From Candidatus Sulfotelmatobacter sp. (GTDB lineage: Bacteria; Acidobacteriota; Terriglobia; Terriglobales; Acidobacteriaceae), in the NCBI GenBank assembly GCA_050011375.1, contig JBEKJF010000002.1, forward strand, positions 1 to 57,282: a DNA stretch of 57,282 nucleotides, given 5' to 3'. Made by a program: the position numbers and the translations under genes. The notes beneath the pieces are model-generated. The model searched no databases, was not told where the DNA came from, and saw nothing but the letters and a program-made list of their open reading frames with translations. Position 1 is the first letter of the stretch. The number at the start of each line of letters is the position of its first letter. Below, piece after piece: positions 15,489 through 24,930 of this stretch.

Positions 15489-15770
15489 CTTGAAGAGTGA
15501 CAGATCATGAATCGCTTAAGCACTTCTCGCCAGCGGTATCCGCACTAGTAGAAGGTAGTTCCATTAAACGCAACAAAGTAAGAGATGTGGTCTGGGTCGG
15601 GGTTTCCTGCGAGAACTCCAGTGCGGCATCCGATGCAAGTTGCGGGGCTGTAGCGCGATTCGGGATTCTCGTTCGATGCGCCGTAAATCTTTGGCAATAT
15701 GCGCACTCGACCGTGTCATTCTGCCACGTCGTCTTTGCCTTTCGGAAAGCGCCGTATAATCGAACGAGTC

Positions 15771-17915
15771 ATGAAACAGGTCGTCCATGCCGCTTGTCCG
15801 CACGATTGCCCTGATGCTTGCGGCGTTTTGATCACGGTCGAAGACGGCCGGGCGACGAAGATTCAGGGCGATCCGGGGCATCCGGTGACGCGGGGATTTC
15901 TGTGCGGGAAAGTGGCTAAATATCTGGACCGGGTTTATTCGCCGGACCGGGTGCTGTACCCGATGCGGAGGATTGCGGCTAAAGGAGTAGCGGCTCGCGC
16001 CACCAGCGCGGGCGAGTCGCCCACACAGGTTTGGCAGCGGATTACTTGGGACAAGGCGCTCGACGAAATTGCTTCGCGCTTTCGCTCGGTCATTGCCGAG
16101 TTCGGCAGCGAGGCGATTCTTCCTTATTCTTATGGTGGCACGCTGGGCGCGCTGAATGGCGCTTCCATGGACCGCAGATTTTTCGGACGCCTCGGCGCTT
16201 CGCAGCTGGAGCGCGCGATTTGTTCTGCGGCGGGTGAGGCCGGATTGATTTCAGTGCTCGGCGTGAAGCTTGGCACTGAGCCCGAGCAGTTCGTCCATTC
16301 TCGTTACATCATTGCCTGGGCTTCGAACATTCACGGAAATAATGTTCATCTGTGGCCGTTCATCGAGGAAGCGCGGCGCAACGGCGCGAAGCTGGTGGTG
16401 ATCGATCCCTATCGCACGCGCACTGCGGCTTGCGCCGACTGGTACCTTCCCATCAATCCCGGGACGGATGGCGCTCTCGCGCTCGCCATGATGCATGTGA
16501 TCATCGGCGAAGGTTTGCATGATGCCGATTACGTGGCGAAGTTCACTCTGGGCTTCGAAGAGTTACGTGAGAAAGTAAAGGCTTATTCACCGGAGCGTGT
16601 GGCGCAGTGGACGGGGATTGCGGCCGAAGATATTCGCAAGCTGGCACTGGAATATGCCACGGTGAGGCCGTCGGTAATTCGTCTGAATTATGGTGTGCAG
16701 CGGTCGGAGGGCGGCGGCATGGCTACGCGAGCCATCGTGATGCTGCCTTGCATCATCGGATCTTGGAAAGAAGTCGGCGGTGGACTGCAGATGTCGACCA
16801 GCGGTTCGTTTGGATTGAATAAAGATGCATTGACGCGCCCCGACCTTAAGCCGGACGATCTCGACCACATCCCACGCACTGTGAACATGGTCGAACTGGG
16901 CAAGGCGCTGAATACGCTGAGCGATCCTCCGGTGAAGGCGCTGTTCGTTTACAACTCAAATCCTGCAGCGGTTTGCCCGAATCACAACGAAGTGGTTCGT
17001 GGGCTGAAGCGTGCGGATTTATTTACCGTTGTCCACGAGCAGTTCTTTACTGACACAACCGACTATGCCGACATTGTGTTGCCGGCAACAACTTTTTTCG
17101 AGCACAAGGATTTGCAGGCAGCCTATGGCCACTACTATCTGCAAGTGTCGGATCAGGCGATTGAGCCGTTAGGAGAGTGCCGCGCCAACGTTGAAGTGTT
17201 CCGCGCGCTAGCTCAGAGGATGGGATTCGAAGATGCGTGCTTCAAGGACAGCCTCAACGAAATGATCGATGGCGCGCTTGCTTCGAGCAATCCGTGGCTT
17301 CAGGGAATTACTCGTGAGCGGTTGGAGAAAGAGCGGCAAGTGCGGTTGAACTTCAGGGGTCAGGGGGCAGGGGATAGGGAACAATCAGGAACGACAGAAC
17401 CATTTCTTCCATTCGCTCGCGGCAACTTCCGTACGCCTTCGGGCAAGGCTGAACTTTACAGTGAAGCAATTAAAGCGCAGGGGCTTGATCCGGTGGTCGA
17501 GTTCACGCCTCCAGCGGAATCGCGGCATGGAGTCGAGAAGAAAACTTTCCCCTTGGAACTTCTGGCGCGCAAGGCCGACAACTTTCTGAACTCAACTTTT
17601 TCCAATGTGCCTTCGGTGCAAACGATGGAAGAGACGAATCTTCTCGAGATGCATTCCGTGGATGCGAGGCGGCGTGGCATTGCCAACGGAGACACGGTCC
17701 GGGTCTACAACCATCGCGGAGAAATCTTGTTGAAGGCGCGAGTCGACGGCGCGGTTCAGCCCGGAGTAGTTTCGGCGACGCTGAATTGGGCGAAGCTCGC
17801 TCCTGGATTTCGGAATATTAATGTGCTGACCTCAGAAAAACTTTCCGACCTGGGCAACTCCGCCACGTTTTATTCCGTCTTGGTTGAGGTGGAGTCAGTG
17901 AAGTCTTCTTCATAA
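15771..17915 (+). CDS. Molybdopterin (bis-MGD) oxidoreductase family protein
   Basis: From ATG 15771, MKQVVHAACPHDCPDACGVLI...C provides the N-terminal 4Fe-4S Cys motif. The length and sequence resemble the DMSO-reductase superfamily. TATAAT lies at 15755-15760, 10 nt before the ATG. Confidence 0.88.
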   Translation: MKQVVHAACPHDCPDACGVLITVEDGRATKIQGDPGHPVTRGFLCGKVAKYLDRVYSPDRVLYPMRRIAAKGVAARATSAGESPTQVWQRITWDKALDEIASRFRSVIAEFGSEAILPYSYGGTLGALNGASMDRRFFGRLGASQLERAICSAAGEAGLISVLGVKLGTEPEQFVHSRYIIAWASNIHGNNVHLWPFIEEARRNGAKLVVIDPYRTRTAACADWYLPINPGTDGALALAMMHVIIGEGLHDADYVAKFTLGFEELREKVKAYSPERVAQWTGIAAEDIRKLALEYATVRPSVIRLNYGVQRSEGGGMATRAIVMLPCIIGSWKEVGGGLQMSTSGSFGLNKDALTRPDLKPDDLDHIPRTVNMVELGKALNTLSDPPVKALFVYNSNPAAVCPNHNEVVRGLKRADLFTVVHEQFFTDTTDYADIVLPATTFFEHKDLQAAYGHYYLQVSDQAIEPLGECRANVEVFRALAQRMGFEDACFKDSLNEMIDGALASSNPWLQGITRERLEKERQVRLNFRGQGAGDREQSGTTEPFLPFARGNFRTPSGKAELYSEAIKAQGLDPVVEFTPPAESRHGVEKKTFPLELLARKADNFLNSTFSNVPSVQTMEETNLLEMHSVDARRRGIANGDTVRVYNHRGEILLKARVDGAVQPGVVSATLNWAKLAPGFRNINVLTSEKLSDLGNSATFYSVLVEVESVKSSS
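17353..17380. repeat. Heptamer array NCAGGGG/ATAGGGA inside the oxidoreductase CDS
   Basis: tcagggg tcagggg gcagggg ataggga, translated RGQGAGDR. It is the reverse complement of the word family in the intergenic array at 47339-47373. Confidence 0.8.
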
Positions 17916-18110
17916 AGCCACCGGCAAGAGTGGCGCTTGGACGCTTTCTATTTTTCTACCGTATAATGATCGTTTTCCCACATCCCAGAGGCTGAGGTCG
18001 TAGCGATTCATTTTTGCTCTCATACAGATAGTGCTGTGCCCCGGCGCAGCAACGATTCTTCCGGCGCTGTTCAGCCTTCATCTTCTTCATCCGCACGCTT
18101 TTGCCGGAGA

Positions 18111-20963
18111 ATGAAATGGCTTGGGTGGGCGCTCGGAATGTTGCTCGTTGTGCTTTCCGCCTCCGCGAGCTGGGCACAGACCGATGTGATCTCTGAGATC
18201 AACATCCAGGGAAACCGCAGAATTCCCGCCGAGACGGTGAAGGCGCGCATCTTCACTCATCCTGGAGACATTTACGATCCCGCCGCGCTGGAGCGCGATT
18301 TTAATTCACTCTGGAACACCGGCTACTTCGAAGACATCAAGTTCAGCCGCGAACAGACTCCGAAGGGATGGCGGCTGATTATCCAGGTGAAGGAAAAGCC
18401 GACGATCCGCGAGATCAACTATGTGGGGTTGAGTTCGGTCTCCACCAGCGACGTCTTGGACCGCTTCAAGGAAGCGAAGGTCGGCTTGTCGGTAGAGAAT
18501 CAATACGACCCGACGAAAGTGAAAAAAGCGGAAGTGACGATCAAAGGCCTATTGGCCGAACATGGGCGGCAGTTTGCCACCATCCGGACGGAAATAAGGC
18601 AGATCCCTCCGGCGGCGATCGGCGTCACGTTTGTGATTAAAGAAGGTCCAAAGGTTAAGGTGGGCAAGATCACGTTCACGGGAAACAAGAACGTCAAGAC
18701 GCGAGTTCTGCGTTACGCAATGAAGAACTTGCGGCCCATCGGCGTCCCGCATTCCATCTTTCTGGAAAACATTTTCGCTCGAACCTACGACGCCACCAAG
18801 CTCGAAGAAGATGTGGAACGCGTCCGCATCGAATACCAGAATCGCGGCTATTTCAAGGCCAACATTGCCGAGCCCAAAACTGAGATTCACGACACCGGGC
18901 ATACCGGCATTCACGTTCCGCTGTTGCAAGGCGGATCGGGCAAATCGGTCGACGTCACCATGCCCATCGATGAGGGCGAGCGCTACACGCTGGGCGGAAT
19001 CACGTTCAAGAACAATAAGGCGGTTCAGAACGTGAAGGCGCTGCGATCCATCTTCCCCATTAAAGACGGAGATGTCTTCAGCAAAGAAAAGGTCGGCAAG
19101 GGCCTGGAGAACCTGCACAAGGCTTATGGGGAGTTGGGCTACATCAACTTCACTCCGGTGCCGGAGACCCGGTTTGACGATGAGAAAAAACTGATCTATC
19201 TCGATATTGATGTTGATGAAGGCAAGCAGTTCTATGTGCGCCGCATCGAGTTCGTAGGCAACACCACGACTCGCGACAAAGTTATCCGCCGCGAAATCGC
19301 ACTGGAGGAAGGTGGCATCTACAACTCGAAACTCTGGGAGTTGAGCGTGCTGCGCTTGAATCAATTGGGATACTTCGACCAGTTGAAGCCGGAGGATCCC
19401 AACGTGACCACGCGACAACTGGATGAGAAAAACGGTCTGGTCGATCTAACGTTGAAGGTCCACGAGAAGGGCAAGAACAGCATTGGACTGAATGGCGGGG
19501 TCAGCGGCCTGGAAGGCGCATTTATCGGCATCAACTATGCCACCAATAACTTCCTCGGCCTGGGTGAGACGCTTCAGGTGCAGGCCAGCGTGGGTAACCT
19601 GGCAAAGAGCATCCGCTTCGGCTTTACGCAGCCCTACATGTTTGACCGGCCATTGCAGTTCGGCTTCAACGTCTACTACACCAAGACCAAGTACGATCAG
19701 GCGCGGCAACTCTCCATTTTCAGGGGGGAGAACCTGAACCTGCCCAATACGGTATTGCAGAACCTGCAGAATTACACACAGGCAAGCGCCGGGTTTACCA
19801 CGTCGTTGAGCTATCCGCTGCGCGCGCGCAACAAGCGCCGCTTCAATCGCCTGGGAGTCACGTATTCGTTCGATCGGTCCTCGCTGGCGGCGCTCAGTTC
19901 GGCGTCGAAGAATCTGTTTGAGTTTTTGGCCTTCCGCGGAATCTCCGGGCCCAATGCGCTGGAAGGAATTATTACCAGCAAGATTTTTCCCAACTTCTCT
20001 TTCAACACCATCAACAGTCCCATCTCGCCGCACAGCGGGCACCAGTTCACGCTGGGCGCCGAACTCGCCGGGCTTGGAGGCACGATTCGGTCCGTCCGTC
20101 CCATCGTTCAATACAAGCGTTTCATTCCGGTGCAGAAGGGGCGCAACGCGATCGGCTTCAATATGCAGGGATCTTTCATCACTGGTTACGGCGGCCTGGT
20201 TGCGCCTCCGTTCCAGCGCGCGTACATGGGCGGTGAAAACGATCTGCGCGGTTTCGATATCCGCTCTGTATCGCCGGTGGCATTTCTGCCGAGCGTGGGA
20301 TCGATTGCTCTCACCAATCGCGATGGAACGCCGGTACTGAAAAATGCGCAGAACCCGCTGCAAGGACCCGTGACGATTCCGATTCCAGTGGATCAGATCG
20401 TTTTCCCAGGTGGCGATTTCAGCTTCTTCACGAACATGGAGTATCGCATCACGATCGTTGGGCCGGTGGCTGTGGCTCCATTCGTCGACGCGGGCATTGA
20501 CCCCATTATCCGAAAGTCGCAGTTGCAGATTGCGCAGGTGCAATACGATGGCGTGATTGGGCAGGCCTTTGGCTGTCCGCAGTTGTTGCAGACTGGAACC
20601 ACGAATACTTGTACGATCGGCAGCGTGTTGAACCCGCCGCCAGGGCAAGATCTGCAGGTTCTGGGCACGACCAACTGGCGGCCGAGAATGTCCACGGGGC
20701 TTGAACTTCAGGTTTTCCTGCCGGTCGTTAATGCGCCCTTCCGAATTTACTGGGCCTATAACCCACTGCGGCTGGATAGCCCGGCGATGCCGCCGATTCC
20801 GATTACTCCGAGCATGTTCCCGCAGGTTTGCGGACCATCGGGCTGCCACTTGACCCAAGCGGGTGACTATACGTTTAACCTGGCGAAGAACGCTTACTCG
20901 CCGAGCTTCCTGCTGCGGGAGCCGCGCAAGACATTCCGCTTCACCGTGGCGACGACTTTCTAA
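18111..20963 (+). CDS. bamA: Outer membrane protein assembly factor BamA (POTRA repeats + Omp85 barrel)
   Basis: The signal peptide MKWLGWALGMLLVVLSASASWAQ is followed by INIQGNRRIP and repeated POTRA-like segments. The C-terminal barrel ends in F. The start is uncertain (the track ORF starts at 18036). Confidence 0.9.
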   Translation: MKWLGWALGMLLVVLSASASWAQTDVISEINIQGNRRIPAETVKARIFTHPGDIYDPAALERDFNSLWNTGYFEDIKFSREQTPKGWRLIIQVKEKPTIREINYVGLSSVSTSDVLDRFKEAKVGLSVENQYDPTKVKKAEVTIKGLLAEHGRQFATIRTEIRQIPPAAIGVTFVIKEGPKVKVGKITFTGNKNVKTRVLRYAMKNLRPIGVPHSIFLENIFARTYDATKLEEDVERVRIEYQNRGYFKANIAEPKTEIHDTGHTGIHVPLLQGGSGKSVDVTMPIDEGERYTLGGITFKNNKAVQNVKALRSIFPIKDGDVFSKEKVGKGLENLHKAYGELGYINFTPVPETRFDDEKKLIYLDIDVDEGKQFYVRRIEFVGNTTTRDKVIRREIALEEGGIYNSKLWELSVLRLNQLGYFDQLKPEDPNVTTRQLDEKNGLVDLTLKVHEKGKNSIGLNGGVSGLEGAFIGINYATNNFLGLGETLQVQASVGNLAKSIRFGFTQPYMFDRPLQFGFNVYYTKTKYDQARQLSIFRGENLNLPNTVLQNLQNYTQASAGFTTSLSYPLRARNKRRFNRLGVTYSFDRSSLAALSSASKNLFEFLAFRGISGPNALEGIITSKIFPNFSFNTINSPISPHSGHQFTLGAELAGLGGTIRSVRPIVQYKRFIPVQKGRNAIGFNMQGSFITGYGGLVAPPFQRAYMGGENDLRGFDIRSVSPVAFLPSVGSIALTNRDGTPVLKNAQNPLQGPVTIPIPVDQIVFPGGDFSFFTNMEYRITIVGPVAVAPFVDAGIDPIIRKSQLQIAQVQYDGVIGQAFGCPQLLQTGTTNTCTIGSVLNPPPGQDLQVLGTTNWRPRMSTGLELQVFLPVVNAPFRIYWAYNPLRLDSPAMPPIPITPSMFPQVCGPSGCHLTQAGDYTFNLAKNAYSPSFLLREPRKTFRFTVATTF

Positions 20964-21267
20964 GTGACGGCTTTTGAAGACAGATGTTCTAACGAAGATT
21001 CGCGGCAGCAGGTTTGACGGCGTCTGAGGATGCTCTCTATAATTGTTGTGATCCACGGGCATAAGAGAGTTGAGCAGGTGGACGACACGTCGCAACCCCG
21101 GCGTGTAGCGCTGGCAGTCCAGTGTGCCTTGTCTTAGCGACGAATGTCTGACGGCCGTTGCCAGAACGCGGTCCAATAATTCCGGCCCAGAGTTGCCTGA
21201 AAAGGTGGTCTGAGTTCATTCCCGGAAAAATCTACGGAACTATGTTCCAAGGAGTTTAAGAGATCCA

Positions 21268-21969
21268 ATGACAAGCAAGTTTCTGCGATCTGTCCTGGCT
21301 ATTGCGGTGTTCTCGATGATTTCCGCATGGGCCCAAACCGGTGGCGCTGCCACTCCCTCTAGCCCATCTGCCGCTGCTGCAAGTCCTGCAGCTTCCCCGA
21401 CCACGACTGGCCCTGGCACCAAGGTGGGGACGATCAACGTGGAAGCCGCCGTCTTCGGTTCCAACGAGGGCCGCCGCGACGCCGATGCTTTGACCAAAAA
21501 ACTGGAACCCAGACAGAACGAACTTAAGTCCCAGAAAGAAGAGCTTGATGGTCTGCAGAAACAGTACGACACGCAGGGCGACAAGCTGAACGAAGATGCC
21601 AAGGCCACTCTGCTCAAACAGATTGAGACCAAGAAGAAATCGTTCGAGCGTGCCTACCAGGATTTTCAAGAGGACGGGCAGAATCAAGGGAAAGAGATCT
21701 TCGCACGCATCCTGCAGAAGATGGCTCCTACCATCGTGAAGTACGCGCAGGACAATTCGTTCCAGCTGATTGTGGATACGTCGAACAATTGGCCGCAAAG
21801 CCAGGTCCTGTGGTCTGGTGAGGGCGTGGACATCACCAAGGCGATCGTGGAGGCATACAACACGTCGTCGGGTGTGGCCGCTCCTGCTCCAACTGGCGCT
21901 CCAGCCAAGGTGCCTGCGAAGCCCGCGGCTCCGAGGCCTGCAGCCCCGTCAACCACTCCACCGAAATAA
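21268..21969 (+). CDS. skp: OmpH/Skp family periplasmic chaperone
   Basis: Signal peptide, a coiled K/E/Q-rich core (KVGTINVEAAVFGSNEG...), and a position directly after bamA. AAGGAG SD. Confidence 0.85.
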   Translation: MTSKFLRSVLAIAVFSMISAWAQTGGAATPSSPSAAAASPAASPTTTGPGTKVGTINVEAAVFGSNEGRRDADALTKKLEPRQNELKSQKEELDGLQKQYDTQGDKLNEDAKATLLKQIETKKKSFERAYQDFQEDGQNQGKEIFARILQKMAPTIVKYAQDNSFQLIVDTSNNWPQSQVLWSGEGVDITKAIVEAYNTSSGVAAPAPTGAPAKVPAKPAAPRPAAPSTTPPK

Positions 21970-22004
21970 CTTTCGCGACACCGTATGTGTCGAAAAAGTT
22001 CCTG

Positions 22005-22033
22005 AAAGGCCGCGTCTGACGCGGCCTTTTTTA
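22005..22033 (+). terminator. Rho-independent terminator after skp
   Basis: ggccgcg-tctga-cgcggcc followed by tttttt. Confidence 0.75.
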
Positions 22034-22105
22034 TTTGTTTTCAGCGCACCCGACCGTCGTGCGTCCGGTGTCCTTATCAGCAACCCAGTCCACGAGGAGG
22101 ACACT

Positions 22106-22861
22106 ATGTTTAGCGAGACCAGATTCACAGATGGTATGTTCGCCAGCACAATCAATTCATCGTGGAACGAGCGTTCGCGCCGCGGATTGACCGCTTTGAC
22201 ATCCTTCGGCTTGCAGGCCCTTGCATGCGCGGCATTGCTTGTCTTGCCGCTGCTCCGCCCCATGAGATTGCCATTGTTGCGACCACTGTCTACGCCGGTC
22301 ACGCTCGGTCAACCTTTGGCGGAAGCTCAAACGGTTACAAGGCACGCGAGTGCAAATGCAACCGCAACAAACACTCCTGCGGTTTTCATTTTCAGAGCGC
22401 CCGCGCGAATTCCGAATGGCATTCCGGCACCCGGCGATGATGGCCCACCGCAAATCGGGCCGTCGGGTCCGGGTAACGATGCATTGGGACCGGGAAGTCC
22501 GGATGGAGTGTTGAGTGTGTTGAGAACGGGTGCACGTCCGGTTCTGCCGCCTCAGCCGGTGGCCGTAGCTCCCCCGCTCCGCATCTCGCATATGGATGAA
22601 GGAGATTTAGTTCATAAGGTGCTGCCTATTTATCCGCCGCTGGCTCGTGCCGCGCGCATTCAAGGACAGGTCGTGCTGCAAGCGCTGATTAGCAAGCAAG
22701 GCGTCATAGAGAACCTTAAAGTTCTGTCAGGACATCCCATGCTAGCGCCGGCGGCGAAAGAAGCCGTGCGGCAATGGCGTTACCGGCCTTATGTTTTGAA
22801 CAATGAGCCAGTGGAAGTGGAGACGCAGATCACCGTGAACTTCTCTCTGGCGGGAAACTAG
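22106..22861 (+). CDS. TonB-like energy transducer
   Basis: ATG 22106 with a GAGGAGG SD. It has an N-terminal TM, a Pro-rich linker, and a C-terminal TonB domain (IYPPLARAARIQGQVVLQALISKQG...VEVETQITVNF). Confidence 0.8.
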   Translation: MFSETRFTDGMFASTINSSWNERSRRGLTALTSFGLQALACAALLVLPLLRPMRLPLLRPLSTPVTLGQPLAEAQTVTRHASANATATNTPAVFIFRAPARIPNGIPAPGDDGPPQIGPSGPGNDALGPGSPDGVLSVLRTGARPVLPPQPVAVAPPLRISHMDEGDLVHKVLPIYPPLARAARIQGQVVLQALISKQGVIENLKVLSGHPMLAPAAKEAVRQWRYRPYVLNNEPVEVETQITVNFSLAGN

Positions 22862-22928
22862 AAACTGCTGCGGGAGTAGCCCAAGCGTAACCTGAGTGCG
22901 CGAGTTACTCCCGCTATAATCGAGCGCA

Positions 22929-24101
22929 GTGGCGACAACTGTAGAAATTCTGAGCCGCGTGGCTACCCGCCCTACCTGGGCGGAAGTTTCTCTCACTACG
23001 TTGCGGCAAAACTTCCGCGCGGTTGTGAAACATGCAGGTGCGGGAGTGACGGTGTGCGCTGTGGTGAAAGCTGACGCCTATGGCCATGGCGCGGTGGAGT
23101 GTTCGCGCGCTTTGCAGGCGGAGGGCGCGAAGTGGTTGGGTGTTACATCGCTCGATGAGGCGATCCCGCTGCGCGAGGCCGGCATTGAATCTCGGATTCT
23201 GCTGATGACGGGTTTCTGGCGCGGCGAGGAAAGCGAGATCGTCCGCTCGCGGCTCACTCCTACCGTGTGGGAACCCTGGCATATCGAGTCTCTGGAGACT
23301 GCCGCGGCGCTCGGAGCGGTGCGGCACGCAGTGCATTTGAAAGTGGATACCGGGATGGGCCGGCTTGGTGTATCGCTGGATCAGCTTCCCGCGGTGCTGA
23401 ACGCTCTCGGCGCGGCTCCGCATCTGGTTCTCGAAGGGCTCTCAACTCACCTGGCGTCTTCGGAAATTATGGATGCTCCTTCGGTGGCTGAACAGGAGCG
23501 CCGTTTCGAGGAGGCGTTGCGCATGGTGCGCGCGGCTGGTTTCGATCCGAGTTTGATCCACATGGCCAACACCAGCGCCCTGATTTCGCGGCGCGAGACC
23601 TGGAACAACATGGTGCGTCCGGGCATTGCCGTCTACGGATATTATTTGCCATTCCAGCGCGCGGGCCGGGAAGTGAGCGGAGGAACACTGCGCCTTCCGG
23701 TAAAGCCGGTGCTGACCTGGAAGACGCGCATTCTGTCGATGCGAGATTTCGCCGCCAACCAGCCTCTCGGTTACGGCGGAACTTATGTGACCAAGGCGCC
23801 AGCGCACGTCGCCGTGCTGCCCGTGGGATATGCCGACGGATACAACCGCCAACTTTCCAATCGCGGTCGCGTGATCGTCCGCGACCACTACGCGCCGATC
23901 GTGGGCAGCATTTCGATGGACCTCACGCTCGTCGATGTTACAGGCATTCCTGAAATTGCAGTTGGCGATGAGGTGATCCTGCTTGGAACTCGTGACGGGC
24001 TGAGCGTCGATGCGCTCGAACACGCGCGCCTGGCGAACAGCTCACCGTATGAGATTCTCTGCAACATCTCGAAGCGCGTGCCGCGAAAATACGGGAACTA
24101 G
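22929..24101 (+). CDS. alr: Alanine racemase
   Basis: The PLP-lysine motif VCAVVKADAYGHGA is present. 390 aa. Confidence 0.93.
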   Translation: MATTVEILSRVATRPTWAEVSLTTLRQNFRAVVKHAGAGVTVCAVVKADAYGHGAVECSRALQAEGAKWLGVTSLDEAIPLREAGIESRILLMTGFWRGEESEIVRSRLTPTVWEPWHIESLETAAALGAVRHAVHLKVDTGMGRLGVSLDQLPAVLNALGAAPHLVLEGLSTHLASSEIMDAPSVAEQERRFEEALRMVRAAGFDPSLIHMANTSALISRRETWNNMVRPGIAVYGYYLPFQRAGREVSGGTLRLPVKPVLTWKTRILSMRDFAANQPLGYGGTYVTKAPAHVAVLPVGYADGYNRQLSNRGRVIVRDHYAPIVGSISMDLTLVDVTGIPEIAVGDEVILLGTRDGLSVDALEHARLANSSPYEILCNISKRVPRKYGN

Positions 24102-24201
24102 ATTTTCAGCGCTTAGGAACTGAAGCTCTTAAACCCGAAGCTGCGATGAAACTGCCCCCAAGCTTACTTGGGAACCCACTCGTACCTCGGATTTAATCCG
24201 A

Positions 24202-24388
24202 CTAAAAATATTCAGATCAATCGAGCTAAAATATCTGCAATCAACAAGTTGCGCGTCTTTGATCCGGCCTGAATCCAGCTAAAATATTGATAACAAACGA
24301 CTTGTCCGTAAAATATTCCATTTAAAGGACTTAGGTGCGCCTAGCTCGGCTGAACCGCCTGGAATCAGCGGCCTGATCGCAAAATATT
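24202..24388. repeat. AT-rich island with five copies of a (G)CTAAAATATT motif
   Basis: Copies lie at 24202-24212, 24225-24235, 24278-24288, 24307-24317 and 24378-24388. Three share the longer form AATCNRRCTAAAATATY. Confidence 0.8.
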
Positions 24389-24526
24389 GAATCCGCGGTA
24401 GTTAACTCGTTGCTATTCAATTGTCAAAGAGCAAATGCGTAAAGAATATGATTGCAGGAGGCAGAGTCGAAGTCAAGCGAATTCCGTGAAGAGGTGGCTC
24501 AGCTTGAGTTCTGAATCTCGCGATCC

Positions 24527-24682
24527 GTCATCCCGAAGGGCCCGCGTTTTCGCCAGCGGGCCGAGGGATCTCCTGTGGCACACAGCGTCATAGCGGAGAT
24601 CCTTCGCTCCGCCTGGAGAGCGGCTACGCTCAGGATGACGCCATCTACGAGCGCCGGTGTCATCCCCGTAAGCCCCAGATCC
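24527..24682. repeat. Cluster of three GTCATCC...GGATC family elements (forward, inverted, degenerate forward), MITE-like
   Basis: The three copies are at 24527-24571, 24597-24639 (inverted) and 24659-24682. Each has an internal GC hairpin. Confidence 0.7.
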
Positions 24683-24930
24683 GTCCCACGTCCACCCCTG
24701 TGGATTTCTTTTCTTCGCTTATTCACATTTGATTCATAACCTAGTAACCCCGCAGCGGCTACCTTGGCGATGTAGGTTATGCGTGGTTTTCTGGGGGCGG
24801 GAAGTCATGGGTACAGCAGGGGTCCCGAGCGTCGACCTGGAGTAGCGAATCATCCTCATTTACCAATGCAAGGTAACGTGGTAGAGTTCTGCGCTAAAAC
24901 TTGAGTAAGTACGGATTCTGGAAGCAGCTG

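Noticed and set aside
15489-15770. A possible Moco riboswitch upstream of the molybdopterin oxidoreductase.
   Set aside because: I could not find the conserved Moco-motif core sequences. In addition, a TATAAT 10 nt before the ATG suggests a very short leader. An Infernal scan would settle it.
21770-22105. An upstream 112-codon extension of the TonB-like ORF, overlapping the skp 3' end and its terminator.
   Set aside because: It crosses a strong intrinsic terminator. ATG 22106 has a consensus GAGGAGG SD, and TonB-like sequence begins there.
24202-24388. The AT-rich motif island as a replication origin.
   Set aside because: There are no DnaA-box clusters (only one 7/9 match, near 24700), no dnaA or dnaN nearby, and the repeats are irregularly spaced.
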